Of a DNA stretch of 64,000 nucleotides, positions 9,811 to 18,063 are shown piece after piece (positions within the stretch are counted from its first letter, which is position 1; every line of letters begins with the position of its first letter). The DNA is from Armatimonadetes bacterium UBA1398 (GTDB taxonomy: Bacteria; Armatimonadota; Zipacnadia; UBA1398). Location: positions 6,801 to 70,800 of the forward strand of contig DBQI01000028.1 of NCBI GenBank assembly GCA_002305165.1, written 5' to 3'. The position numbers and the translations under genes were made by a program. Below the pieces are notes generated by a model. The model was given only the letters and a program-made list of their open reading frames with translations, was not told the DNA's origin and made no database searches.

Positions 9811-11175
9811 GGGCGGGATGACCTCGAAGCTCCCGTCGGTGTAGAGCACGAGCCTGCCCTGGTCATGCCAGGTCTGGGCCTCCTCCAGGATGATGAGGTT
9901 CCGCTTCTGCGCCTCGTTGTCGAAGATTCGGCCCGCCAGCCCTCGGTTGAAGAGGTAGCTGGAAGGGACCTGGTTGCGATTGCGCGGATCGAGGGCGCAG
10001 TGCAGCGCCTCACCGCCGGGCAGGTAGGTGTCCCCGAGGGCGGTGATCCAGAACCACGGGTCACGTCCGGGCACGCCGTGGGCCTCGGGATTGTGGTCCC
10101 AGTGGGGGAGCTGACCGCCGTGGTCGTAGGCGTACTGCATGAGGGCGTTGTAGATGCGCAGCATGTTGGCCTTCGAGGCGTCGATCCCGCCCTCGCCTGG
10201 CTTGCCGAAGCGGAGCAGCATCAGGTTGGCGCCGCTGGTCACGACGAGGGCCCGGCCGTCGGGCATCCACTGGATGTCGTTCGCGAAGGGCCGGGGCAGG
10301 TGCTTGTAGGGCCGCATGATCGTGGTGACCCGCTGGCCGTCCTTGCCATCCTTGTCGGCGATGATCAGATCCTGGCGTCCCACGTCGACGGAATCCTGGA
10401 GCCACGCCAGACGCCCTGTGGAGAGGCTGAAGGCGAAGGAACAGGCGCCGGGGGCGTTCTTCAGGGTGTACACCTTGCGCCAGTCGCCGCCGTTGATGTC
10501 AGCCTCGTAGATCGACGTCTCCAGACCATCCTCGGTGGCGCGCTCCCCGAGAACGCGGATGTGCCGGGGGCTCTGCCACCAGGGCCCAGACGCCTCGGAG
10601 ATGCGGAACCCGTCCTTGGGCTGGGGAAGCTCGCCGAGCAAGCGCATCGTCTTCAGATTGAGGACGAAGACGGCCATATCGGTGGGCCGGGAACGGTCGT
10701 TCGTATAGTGGAGGTAGACCAGCTTCTCGCCATCGGGGGAGACGACCGGCGCGAAGGGGATGTCGCCTCGCGCGAAGCCCTGGATCAGTATGGGCTCGGT
10801 CTGGCCGCTAGGGTCGACCTGGTAGAGCCCCGGCCGCCGCTCAGCGCTAACCCGCTGGGGCACGGCGACGCAGACGATCCGTCCCATCTCGTTCCGCCAA
10901 GTGGGATGGTAGACGAGGGAGGAGTTGGTGATCCGTCGTTCCGTGGAGCCATCCATGCTTCGGACGTAGAGGTCCTGGCTCAGGTCCCCCTGGCCGTGGA
11001 CGGCGTACCGGAGGTAGGCGCACCACGCGCCGTTGCTGGACACGGCTGGCGAGTGCTGTCCCACCGCCGTCATGGGGAGCTCCTCGATCACGGCGAGCCG
11101 ACCCGTCTCCTGGGCCTGGGCGATCCCGAAGCCGAGGGTCAGAAGAAGCGCGCCGGCCAGCTTGGACACGGACAT
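9802..11175 (-). CDS. Secreted PD40/TolB-like beta-propeller protein with a C-terminal H-X9-DG motif module
   Basis: 457-aa ORF. Signal peptide MSVSKLAGALLLTLGFGIAQA. PD40-like repeats. C-terminus WHDQGRLVLYTDGSFEVI matches H-X9-DG (H, nine residues, DG) but lacks an N-terminal prepilin peptide. Confidence 0.7.
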   Translation of the reverse strand: MSVSKLAGALLLTLGFGIAQAQETGRLAVIEELPMTAVGQHSPAVSSNGAWCAYLRYAVHGQGDLSQDLYVRSMDGSTERRITNSSLVYHPTWRNEMGRIVCVAVPQRVSAERRPGLYQVDPSGQTEPILIQGFARGDIPFAPVVSPDGEKLVYLHYTNDRSRPTDMAVFVLNLKTMRLLGELPQPKDGFRISEASGPWWQSPRHIRVLGERATEDGLETSIYEADINGGDWRKVYTLKNAPGACSFAFSLSTGRLAWLQDSVDVGRQDLIIADKDGKDGQRVTTIMRPYKHLPRPFANDIQWMPDGRALVVTSGANLMLLRFGKPGEGGIDASKANMLRIYNALMQYAYDHGGQLPHWDHNPEAHGVPGRDPWFWITALGDTYLPGGEALHCALDPRNRNQVPSSYLFNRGLAGRIFDNEAQKRNLIILEEAQTWHDQGRLVLYTDGSFEVIPPIE

Positions 11176-11251
11176 GGATCGATCCCCTTCCGCCTCCGCG
11201 ACAGGCCGCCGATGGCCGTCCGCCTGGAGGCGCTACGAGTATACCATCGGT

Positions 11252-11280
11252 TTGACACTCGCCAGGGCCGGTGGTAGCAT
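11252..11280 (+). promoter_or_regulatory. Sigma70-like promoter upstream of pheT (TTGACA, 17-nt spacer, TAGCAT)
   Basis: ttgaca at 11252-11257, a 17-nt spacer, then tagcat at 11275-11280. Confidence 0.45.
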
Positions 11281-11298
11281 CCAACCGCACTCTGAAAC

Positions 11299-11330
11299 GG
11301 CGTCGCCTACCCTCTGGGCGACGCCCTTTT
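11299..11330 (+). terminator. Intrinsic-terminator-like hairpin in the pheT leader (GGCGTCGCC, 9-nt loop, GGCGACGCC, then CTTTT)
   Basis: Perfect 9-bp GC-rich stem plus T-run. It lies between the putative promoter and the pheT start codon. Confidence 0.4.
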
Positions 11331-11354
11331 CGTACGCCACCCAGTGCAAGGAGC

Positions 11355-13451
11355 GTGGGCGAGTTGGATGCTCCCGTAAGCTGGCTCATGGAGCTGCTCG
11401 ATGCGGACGTGACGCCCGAGACCCTCGCTGAGGTGCTCACCATGGGCGGGATCGAAGTCGAGTCCACCTCCCTCTTCCAGGGTCGAGCCGGCTTCCAGAC
11501 GCCCGTTTACGACACCTATGTGACGCCCAACCGCGGGGACGCCCTCTCGATGGTCGGCCTCGCGCGGGAGGCGGCGGCGCTGCTGCCGTGCGGGCTCCGG
11601 TTGCCCGAGATCGCCGAGTTGCCCGCTACGTCGGCCCCCGCCCTATTCTCGGTGGACATCGTCGACCCTGACCTCTGCCCGCGCTACGTGGGGCTGCTGG
11701 TGCGGGGCGTGGAGATCGGCCCCTCGCCCGACTGGCTCGTCAACAAGATCGAGGCCGCGGGCATACGCTCCATCAACAACATCGTCGATGTGACGAACTA
11801 CGTGCTGCTCGAACTCGGACAGCCGCTCCACGCCTTCGACTTCGACGAGATCTTGGGTTCCCAGGTCGTCGTGCGCCGCGCCATGCCGGGCGAGACGCTG
11901 ACCCTCATCGACCACACGGAGCGGCGGCTGGATCAAGACCAGCTCGTCATCGCTGACGCCGCCCAGGCCATGGCCATCGCGGGCGTGATGGGCGGGCTGA
12001 GCAGCGAGATCTCTGACGCCACCGAGAACATCCTCATCGAGTCGGCCCACTTCCACCCCGCGAGCGTCCGGCGGACGGCGGCGAAGCTCGGTGTGAGCAC
12101 CGAGGCGAGCTTCCGCTTCGAGCGGACCGTGGATCCCGGAGGCTGCGTCCGCGCGGCCCTCCGAGCCGCCCATCTCATGGTGGAGGTGGGAGGAGGGGAG
12201 ATCGTGGCGCCGGTGGTGGACGCGATCGGTCGACCTGAGGCCATCGAGCCGGCCCAGGTGACCCTGCGGCCGGAGCGAGCGGAGCTCGTGCTTGGCATGC
12301 CGGTGCCTCGGGAACGGATTGTGGCGAATCTGCGGCGGTTGCAGCTCGAAGTCGATGACTCCGGCGAGGGAACGCTGTCCGTGCGCGTCCCCACCTTCCG
12401 GCCCGACCTGCGCATCGAGGAGGACCTCATCGAGGAGGTTGTGCGCATCGAGGGTTACGACCAGATCCCCTTGGTGTTCCCCGCCGTGCCGATGGTTGTC
12501 GGCGGGTGGACTCCTGACCGGGCTCGCGTTGAGGAACTCCGGACGGCATTGATCGGGTCGGGGCTGGACGATATGCAGACTCAGTCCATCATCGATCCCG
12601 CCGATCTGGACCGCCTGGAGCTGCCGGAGGACGATGAGCGGCGGCGGATGATGGTGCTCGAGAACCCGCTCGCGGGCGACCTCAGCGCCATGCGCACCCA
12701 GCTCCTCTCGCCTCTGCTCCGAGTGGCCGCGCGGAACCACAGTCGTCGTGTGCCGGCGGTGGCCGGCTTCGAGATCGGGTATGTCTACCGGCCCGAGGGA
12801 GACGACTCGCGTGTGGAGACACGGGCCCTAGGTATCGTCGCCTACGGGTCGGCCTACGGCAGTGGCTGGAACCTGCCGCCGGTGGCGACAGACACCGACT
12901 TCTTCCGACTCAAAGCGGCAGTTGAGCAGGCGCTTGGGAAGCTGGCGTCGGCGCCCCTCGTCTTCGAATCGGCCGTGGCGTCGCCGTTCGACCCCAGCTG
13001 TTGTGCCGCAGTTAGCCTCGACGGCAGGAGGTTGGGCTTCCTGGGCCGTGTCGCTCCTAGTGTGGCCGATGCCTTCGAGGCCCCCCCGGGCACCTACCTG
13101 GCCGACCTGGACATCGAGGCGCTTGTCGCAACACCTCGCGAACCGCGGACCTACAAGCCCCTTCCCCGGTTCCCGGCCGTGCTCCGTGACGTGGCTGTGG
13201 TGCTGGATCGCGGCATTCCCGCAGAGCGGGTGACCGAGGTCATTCGCGGGTCCGCAGGCGAGTTGCTCCGCCGGGTGGAGCTCTTCGACGTCTACGAGGG
13301 CAAGGGTATCGAGCCCGGCAAGCGGAGCCTCGCCCTCGCCCTGGAGTTCCGTGCTCTCGATCGCACCTTGACGAACGAGGAAGCGGATGGGATCGTCGCC
13401 CGGGTCGTCACCGCCCTCGGGAGCGAACTGGGCGGCGTACTTCGCTCCTAG
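11355..13451 (+). CDS. pheT: Phenylalanine--tRNA ligase beta subunit
   Basis: Strong similarity to Thermus-type PheT: VSWLMELL N-terminus, VTPNRGDALSMVGLAREAAAL, GIRSINNIVDVTNYVLLELGQPLHAFDFDEI, and B5 and FDX-ACB-like C-terminal regions. Start is GTG 11355 or TTG 11364; the long listed ORF starts at 11271. Confidence 0.9.
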   Translation: MGELDAPVSWLMELLDADVTPETLAEVLTMGGIEVESTSLFQGRAGFQTPVYDTYVTPNRGDALSMVGLAREAAALLPCGLRLPEIAELPATSAPALFSVDIVDPDLCPRYVGLLVRGVEIGPSPDWLVNKIEAAGIRSINNIVDVTNYVLLELGQPLHAFDFDEILGSQVVVRRAMPGETLTLIDHTERRLDQDQLVIADAAQAMAIAGVMGGLSSEISDATENILIESAHFHPASVRRTAAKLGVSTEASFRFERTVDPGGCVRAALRAAHLMVEVGGGEIVAPVVDAIGRPEAIEPAQVTLRPERAELVLGMPVPRERIVANLRRLQLEVDDSGEGTLSVRVPTFRPDLRIEEDLIEEVVRIEGYDQIPLVFPAVPMVVGGWTPDRARVEELRTALIGSGLDDMQTQSIIDPADLDRLELPEDDERRRMMVLENPLAGDLSAMRTQLLSPLLRVAARNHSRRVPAVAGFEIGYVYRPEGDDSRVETRALGIVAYGSAYGSGWNLPPVATDTDFFRLKAAVEQALGKLASAPLVFESAVASPFDPSCCAAVSLDGRRLGFLGRVAPSVADAFEAPPGTYLADLDIEALVATPREPRTYKPLPRFPAVLRDVAVVLDRGIPAERVTEVIRGSAGELLRRVELFDVYEGKGIEPGKRSLALALEFRALDRTLTNEEADGIVARVVTALGSELGGVLRS

Positions 13452-13522
13452 GTCACTGGGCAGGGCCGAGTGGCGCTCCTGGCGAACCGCGGTTGCCAGT
13501 GCCGCCTGTGGAGTCTCCGTCG

Positions 13523-13996
13523 ATGGCCCGCATCATGGGAATCTTAGTGCTCTGTCTAGCGGCCATAGTCGGGTGCCCAAAGCCGGATGACGGTGTCCTT
13601 TCGGCGCCATTGGTTACCGCAGAGGGTGCGGAGTCGGTCCCAGGGGACCTCAATGTTGACTCACTTAGGCTCGGTGACCACTTCGATGAGCAGACGGTCA
13701 CCCTTGACGGCATCGCCACAGTCTTCCACCCTGAGACGGAGGCAATCTACGCTGTGGGCAAGCTGACTAGCGTCGCCCCGCCTGGTCGGCTGACCGGGCG
13801 GTGGGAGCATCTGGATAGCGGTGTCCGGCTGGCGGAGGTGGAAGAGACTCTGGGCTCCGGTGACCTGGAGTTCTGGTTCTCGGTAACGCGTCCCACCGAG
13901 GGTTGGCCGTTGGGACACTACAAGTTCTACCTCGCGCTGAATGGCGAGGATGTGGCTGGCGCGGCGTTCGAGGTTGCCGGGGATTCGGGCGGGTAA
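13523..13996 (+). CDS. Hypothetical lipoprotein
   Basis: MARIMGILVLCLAAIVGC is a lipobox-type signal. 157 aa. Confidence 0.5.
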   Translation: MARIMGILVLCLAAIVGCPKPDDGVLSAPLVTAEGAESVPGDLNVDSLRLGDHFDEQTVTLDGIATVFHPETEAIYAVGKLTSVAPPGRLTGRWEHLDSGVRLAEVEETLGSGDLEFWFSVTRPTEGWPLGHYKFYLALNGEDVAGAAFEVAGDSGG

Positions 13997-14025
13997 CGCG
14001 GAACTCGGCTGGAAGGAGCATAGCT

Positions 14026-14787
14026 ATGGGCCGAGACAGGCCCCTTGTGACGGAACCGATCTTCCCGCCGCCCTCGGCAGGGCACTTCGCCCTGCATTAC
14101 CTGGGCCAGAGCGGCGTGGTGTTGGTATCTGACCGCGGAACGCGGATCGCCGTCGACCCCTACCTATCCGATAGCGTGCCTTTGACCCGGGTGGCCCCCG
14201 TGGCCTGCTTGCCGGAGGACTTGGAAGTCGATCACATCTTCCTCAGTCACGACCACAGCGACCATACGGACCCCCAGACCTGCCTGGCCGTGATGCGCGC
14301 GCGCCACGTGCAGATATGGGGCCCACCGTCATCCATGAATGTGCTCCGTGGCGCGGGGGCCAGGCCGGATCGGCTGCACCCACTGGAGCGCGGAGCCACT
14401 GCCAACCTCCGGGACGTGACAGTGCAGGCCGTCCATGCCCAGCACACCGAGGACAGCGTGGGCTATATCATCAGTCTGTCGGGCCGAACGCTGTACCACA
14501 CTGGTGATTCGGAACTCAGCGAGGAGATGTTCTGGCTTCACAGCCGCGAGATCGACGTGATGCTCACCTGTTTCGCCGGACGGTGGGAGGCGATGACCGC
14601 CGGGCAGGCCGCGAGCTTAGCGGAGGCGCTCCGGGTCGACGTGGTCGTTCCGATCCACCACGACATGTTCGCCGAGAACCGGAGCGACCCCGACACCCTC
14701 GTCACCGCCATCAAGGCCCGTCCCGCCTCCCGTGCCTCCGTGAAGATCCTCAATCCCGGCGACCGTTGGGTCTACCCCGAGGAGTAA
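14026..14787 (+). CDS. MBL-fold metallo-hydrolase (UlaG-like lactonase family)
   Basis: GGAAGGA RBS precedes ATG 14026. Motif LSHDHSDHTD (HxHxDH). A later HHD motif is also present. Confidence 0.75.
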   Translation: MGRDRPLVTEPIFPPPSAGHFALHYLGQSGVVLVSDRGTRIAVDPYLSDSVPLTRVAPVACLPEDLEVDHIFLSHDHSDHTDPQTCLAVMRARHVQIWGPPSSMNVLRGAGARPDRLHPLERGATANLRDVTVQAVHAQHTEDSVGYIISLSGRTLYHTGDSELSEEMFWLHSREIDVMLTCFAGRWEAMTAGQAASLAEALRVDVVVPIHHDMFAENRSDPDTLVTAIKARPASRASVKILNPGDRWVYPEE

Positions 14788-14875
14788 CGGCGCCCTCCCA
14801 CGAAAACCCTAGCGAAGCAGCGACCGCGAAGGCGGTGCTTGGCACCGCTCTGGTCGTACGTGGGAGGTAAGCTGC

Positions 14876-15925
14876 ATGGCAGACAAGCTCAGAGCCGCAG
14901 TCATCGGCACCGGCATGGGCCGGTACCACATGGAGGCATATGCGCGGAACCCGAAGGTCGACCTCGTCGCGGTCTGTGACCTGAATGGGCCCGAAGCGCA
15001 GGAGTTCGCGACGAAGTTCGGCGCGGCGAGGGTCTTCACCGACTGGCGAGAGATGTATGAGCTCGACCTGGACCTTGTGAGCATCGCCGTACCCAATAAC
15101 CTCCACGCCGAGATGACGGTGGCGGCGCTCGAGCGCGGGTTCCATGTTCTCTGTGAGAAGCCGATGGCGACCAAGCTGGAGGACGCGCGGCGCATGGTCG
15201 AAACCGCGGAGCGCGTGGGCAAGCGGCTCATGATCCATATGTCGCTCCGCTACCAGGGCGCCCACCAGCATCTCAAGTCCTTGGTGGCCAAGGGCGACCT
15301 CGGCGACATCTACCTGGGCGAGGCGCGGATGATCCGGCGCCGCGGCACGCCTCTCCTGGACTTTCCTCCGGGCGGCAGCATGGGCCGCGGACCGTGGTTC
15401 GTTATCAAGGAGGAGTCCGGCGGCGGCGCCGTCATGGACATCGGGGTCCACACCTTCGACCTCGTGTGGTGGCTCATGGGTTGCCCCAAGCCTGTGGCCG
15501 TATCCGGCGCCACCTTCGCGGCCCTGAGGCGGCCCGAGTTCGCGGAGCGCAAGGTGCCGGCGGACACTGATGAGCACGCCGCCGCCTTCGTGGCTTTGGA
15601 GGGTGGCCGACGCATCTTCTTCGAGGCGTGCTGGGCATCGAACCAGCCTGACTCTTTCACGGTGGAGCTGTTTGGCACACAGGCGGGCGCCCGCCTCGGC
15701 GATGGTCTACGGGTTCTCACGCATGAGGGGAAGGAGCCTCGGGACAACAAGGTCGAGGTCCCGGATGGCGTGGGATTCGTCTCATACGACCACTTCGTTG
15801 AGGGTGTGCTGGATCCGAGCGTCGAACTCATCTCGGAGGGGTGGAAGTGCCTGCCCGTGGCGCAGGTGCTGGACGCGCTCGACCGCTCCGCCGCTCTGGG
15901 CAGCGAGGTAGTGATCGAAGCCTAG
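14876..15925 (+). CDS. Gfo/Idh/MocA family oxidoreductase
   Basis: N-terminal Rossmann motif AVIGTGMGRYHMEAY and EKPMA motif. 349 aa. Confidence 0.85.
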   Translation: MADKLRAAVIGTGMGRYHMEAYARNPKVDLVAVCDLNGPEAQEFATKFGAARVFTDWREMYELDLDLVSIAVPNNLHAEMTVAALERGFHVLCEKPMATKLEDARRMVETAERVGKRLMIHMSLRYQGAHQHLKSLVAKGDLGDIYLGEARMIRRRGTPLLDFPPGGSMGRGPWFVIKEESGGGAVMDIGVHTFDLVWWLMGCPKPVAVSGATFAALRRPEFAERKVPADTDEHAAAFVALEGGRRIFFEACWASNQPDSFTVELFGTQAGARLGDGLRVLTHEGKEPRDNKVEVPDGVGFVSYDHFVEGVLDPSVELISEGWKCLPVAQVLDALDRSAALGSEVVIEA

Positions 15926-15955
15926 GGGGCGGTGACTACGGTGAAGGGTGAGGTG

Positions 15956-16240
15956 ATGTGCGAGGCGACCCGGCGCGGTGCTTCATGGTGTCTGGCGCTT
16001 TTCGCGCTGGCAATGGGGGCCGCCGTGCTGGCCGACGGTGGCGCTACGGTGGAGTTCGACCGCGGCGTGAGCCACTTCAACTACGTGCTAGGCACCCGGA
16101 CCTTCGGTCCCGCGTGCCAGTTCACCGACGAGCCCGCGCAGATCGAGACACTGGCCGACCTGGCTCGGGACGAGCCCGTAGCGCTGGAGAGCTTTGCCGA
16201 TACGCCCACCTCCCTGCCTCCTGACGCTCCACGGCGGTGA
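15956..16240 (+). CDS. Small secreted hypothetical protein
   Basis: Signal peptide MCEATRRGASWCLALFALAMGAAVLA. Sits in the intergenic slot between the MocA and ThuA genes. Confidence 0.35.
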   Translation: MCEATRRGASWCLALFALAMGAAVLADGGATVEFDRGVSHFNYVLGTRTFGPACQFTDEPAQIETLADLARDEPVALESFADTPTSLPPDAPRR

Positions 16241-16266
16241 TACGCGGCATCATTGAGGGGGAAGCA

Positions 16267-18063
16267 ATGGCGCGGCAAGCGTGTTCTGTGCCTTTGGCAC
16301 TTTGCATGATGATGGTGCTGGCAGTTGGCGTCTGTGCGGCTAGCCCGCGTGTACTCCTCGTCACTGGCCAGAGCAACCATGACTGGCAGACGACGGCCCC
16401 GCTCATCCAGGGGGCGCTGGAGTCCTCGGCGGGATGCGTTGTGGATGTAGCGCTAGATCCTGCCGTTCTCACAGCCCAGGCGCTCCAGCCGTACGATGTG
16501 ATCGTCATGCACTGGACGAACTACCCGGCCCCGGAGCGTGTATGGGGGGACACCGCCGAGGAGGCGCTGTTGTGGTTCGCCGAGTCAGGCCGGGGCATCG
16601 TCTTCGTGCACGCCGCCGCGGCGTGCTTCCCGGGCTGGGAGCCCTATGAGGCCCTGAAGAGTGCGGCGTGGGCGGACGGGATGACGGGTCACGGGGCCAT
16701 CCACCGCTTTCCTGTGCGCTTCGTGCAGCCAGTCCACCCTCTCGTCAGCGGCATGGAGCCCTTCGCAACCACCGACGAGCTCTGGCACGGCGTGGACATC
16801 GAGCCCGGCGCCCAGGTGGTGGCCGAAGCCTTCTCCTCCCCGGAGTCCGGCGGCACGGGCCGGTGGGAGCCGGTGGCGCTCGTCACCGAGTATGGAGCGG
16901 GCCGCGCCTTCACGCTCCTCCTCGGGCATGACGCGGCGGCGATGGGCGCTCCGGGGTTTCAGCGTCTCTTGGCCCGAGGTGTTCAGTGGGCCGCGAGCGG
17001 CGTGGTTGCTGACATTGGTCTTCCTACGCCTGACGAGGCTCTTGCCGCATTGCGGAGCTTTGACTACGGCGACAACCGCTACCCGGTGCTGCGACTCAGC
17101 GCCCTCGTCCAAGGTTCGAGCGATCCTCGGGGCTTGGTCGAGGCAATGTTCCGGTTCCTCGACACGAGCGCCCCTCGCGCCGCGAAGGTCGAGGTGTTCG
17201 AGCAGCTCTCCCTCATAGCCACTTCCGAGGATCTTCCGGCCATCGAGCGATGGCTCGATGACCCGGACCTGGGCCACGCGGCCACAGCAGCGGCCGAGCG
17301 GATCCGCCTGCCTGGTTGGCGGGTATCGGAGGGTCCCGCCAGCCGACTGAGGCCACGCGACTACCTCGCGCGACTGCTGAGCCGGGATTCCGCCACGGCT
17401 TTGGCCGCGGCTGGGCAGCTTGGGATGGTGCCTCAGCCGGCTCGAAGCCGAGCGCTGCTTGAGCTCGGACGACTCCCGGAGGCCGTGCGCCTGCGTGCCC
17501 TCGCGTCGCTTATCGAGCACGGGCTGGACGCGCCACTTGAGCCGCTCCACGACCTGCTCCGCTCGCCCCACCCGACGGCCGCACGTGCGGCCCAGGACCT
17601 CCTACGCCGGTTGGGTGACGAGTCCTATATGACGCGGAGCGCTGACATCCCGGAGGGTCTGACCAATCTAGCCCTGCTGGCCACGGCCTCGAGCCCCGAC
17701 GCACTGGAGAAGGACGGCGACGCGGATGGCGATGCGGCGGCTATTGACGGCGATCTAGACACCTACTGGGATGAGGCCGACGGAGCCGAGGAGTACCGCC
17801 TAGTCCTCACGTTCGATGAGGCTCAAGTCGTATCCGGTCTTCGAATCACGGGGTGGAGTCACGAGAACTACGCTCCCCGGGATTTCGAGGTTCTCTGCGA
17901 TGGCGAAGTCGTTGCCCAGGTCTCCATGGCCCAGTACCAGAGCAACCGCTTCGCGCTGCGGTTCGAGCCCGCCCAATGCATTACTCTTGAACTGCGTATC
18001 ACCGCCTACTACGGTCAGAGCCCCGCCATTAGGGAGCTGGAGGTGTTTCATGTCGCGGAGTGA
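16267..18063 (+). CDS. ThuA-like (type-1 glutamine amidotransferase-like) domain protein with HEAT-like repeats and C-terminal F5/8 type C (discoidin) domain
   Basis: Signal peptide MARQACSVPLALCMMMVLAVGVCAA. ThuA-like core (LLVTGQSNHDW..., IVFVHAAAACFPGWEPY). C-terminal DGDLDTYWDE...LEVFHV discoidin-like end. Confidence 0.7.
   Translation: MARQACSVPLALCMMMVLAVGVCAASPRVLLVTGQSNHDWQTTAPLIQGALESSAGCVVDVALDPAVLTAQALQPYDVIVMHWTNYPAPERVWGDTAEEALLWFAESGRGIVFVHAAAACFPGWEPYEALKSAAWADGMTGHGAIHRFPVRFVQPVHPLVSGMEPFATTDELWHGVDIEPGAQVVAEAFSSPESGGTGRWEPVALVTEYGAGRAFTLLLGHDAAAMGAPGFQRLLARGVQWAASGVVADIGLPTPDEALAALRSFDYGDNRYPVLRLSALVQGSSDPRGLVEAMFRFLDTSAPRAAKVEVFEQLSLIATSEDLPAIERWLDDPDLGHAATAAAERIRLPGWRVSEGPASRLRPRDYLARLLSRDSATALAAAGQLGMVPQPARSRALLELGRLPEAVRLRALASLIEHGLDAPLEPLHDLLRSPHPTAARAAQDLLRRLGDESYMTRSADIPEGLTNLALLATASSPDALEKDGDADGDAAAIDGDLDTYWDEADGAEEYRLVLTFDEAQVVSGLRITGWSHENYAPRDFEVLCDGEVVAQVSMAQYQSNRFALRFEPAQCITLELRITAYYGQSPAIRELEVFHVAE

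Noticed and set aside
8500-11277. 925-aa plus-strand ORF spanning two minus-strand genes
   Set aside because: Ser/Arg/Pro/Ala-rich low-complexity translation with no motifs. It lies antisense to two well-supported secreted-protein genes (signal peptides, PD40 repeats). This is a typical high-GC antisense artefact.
11643-12740. 365-aa minus-strand ORF inside pheT
   Set aside because: Antisense to a gene with unambiguous PheT homology.
16585-17571. 328-aa minus-strand ORF inside the ThuA-like gene
   Set aside because: Antisense, low complexity, no start context.
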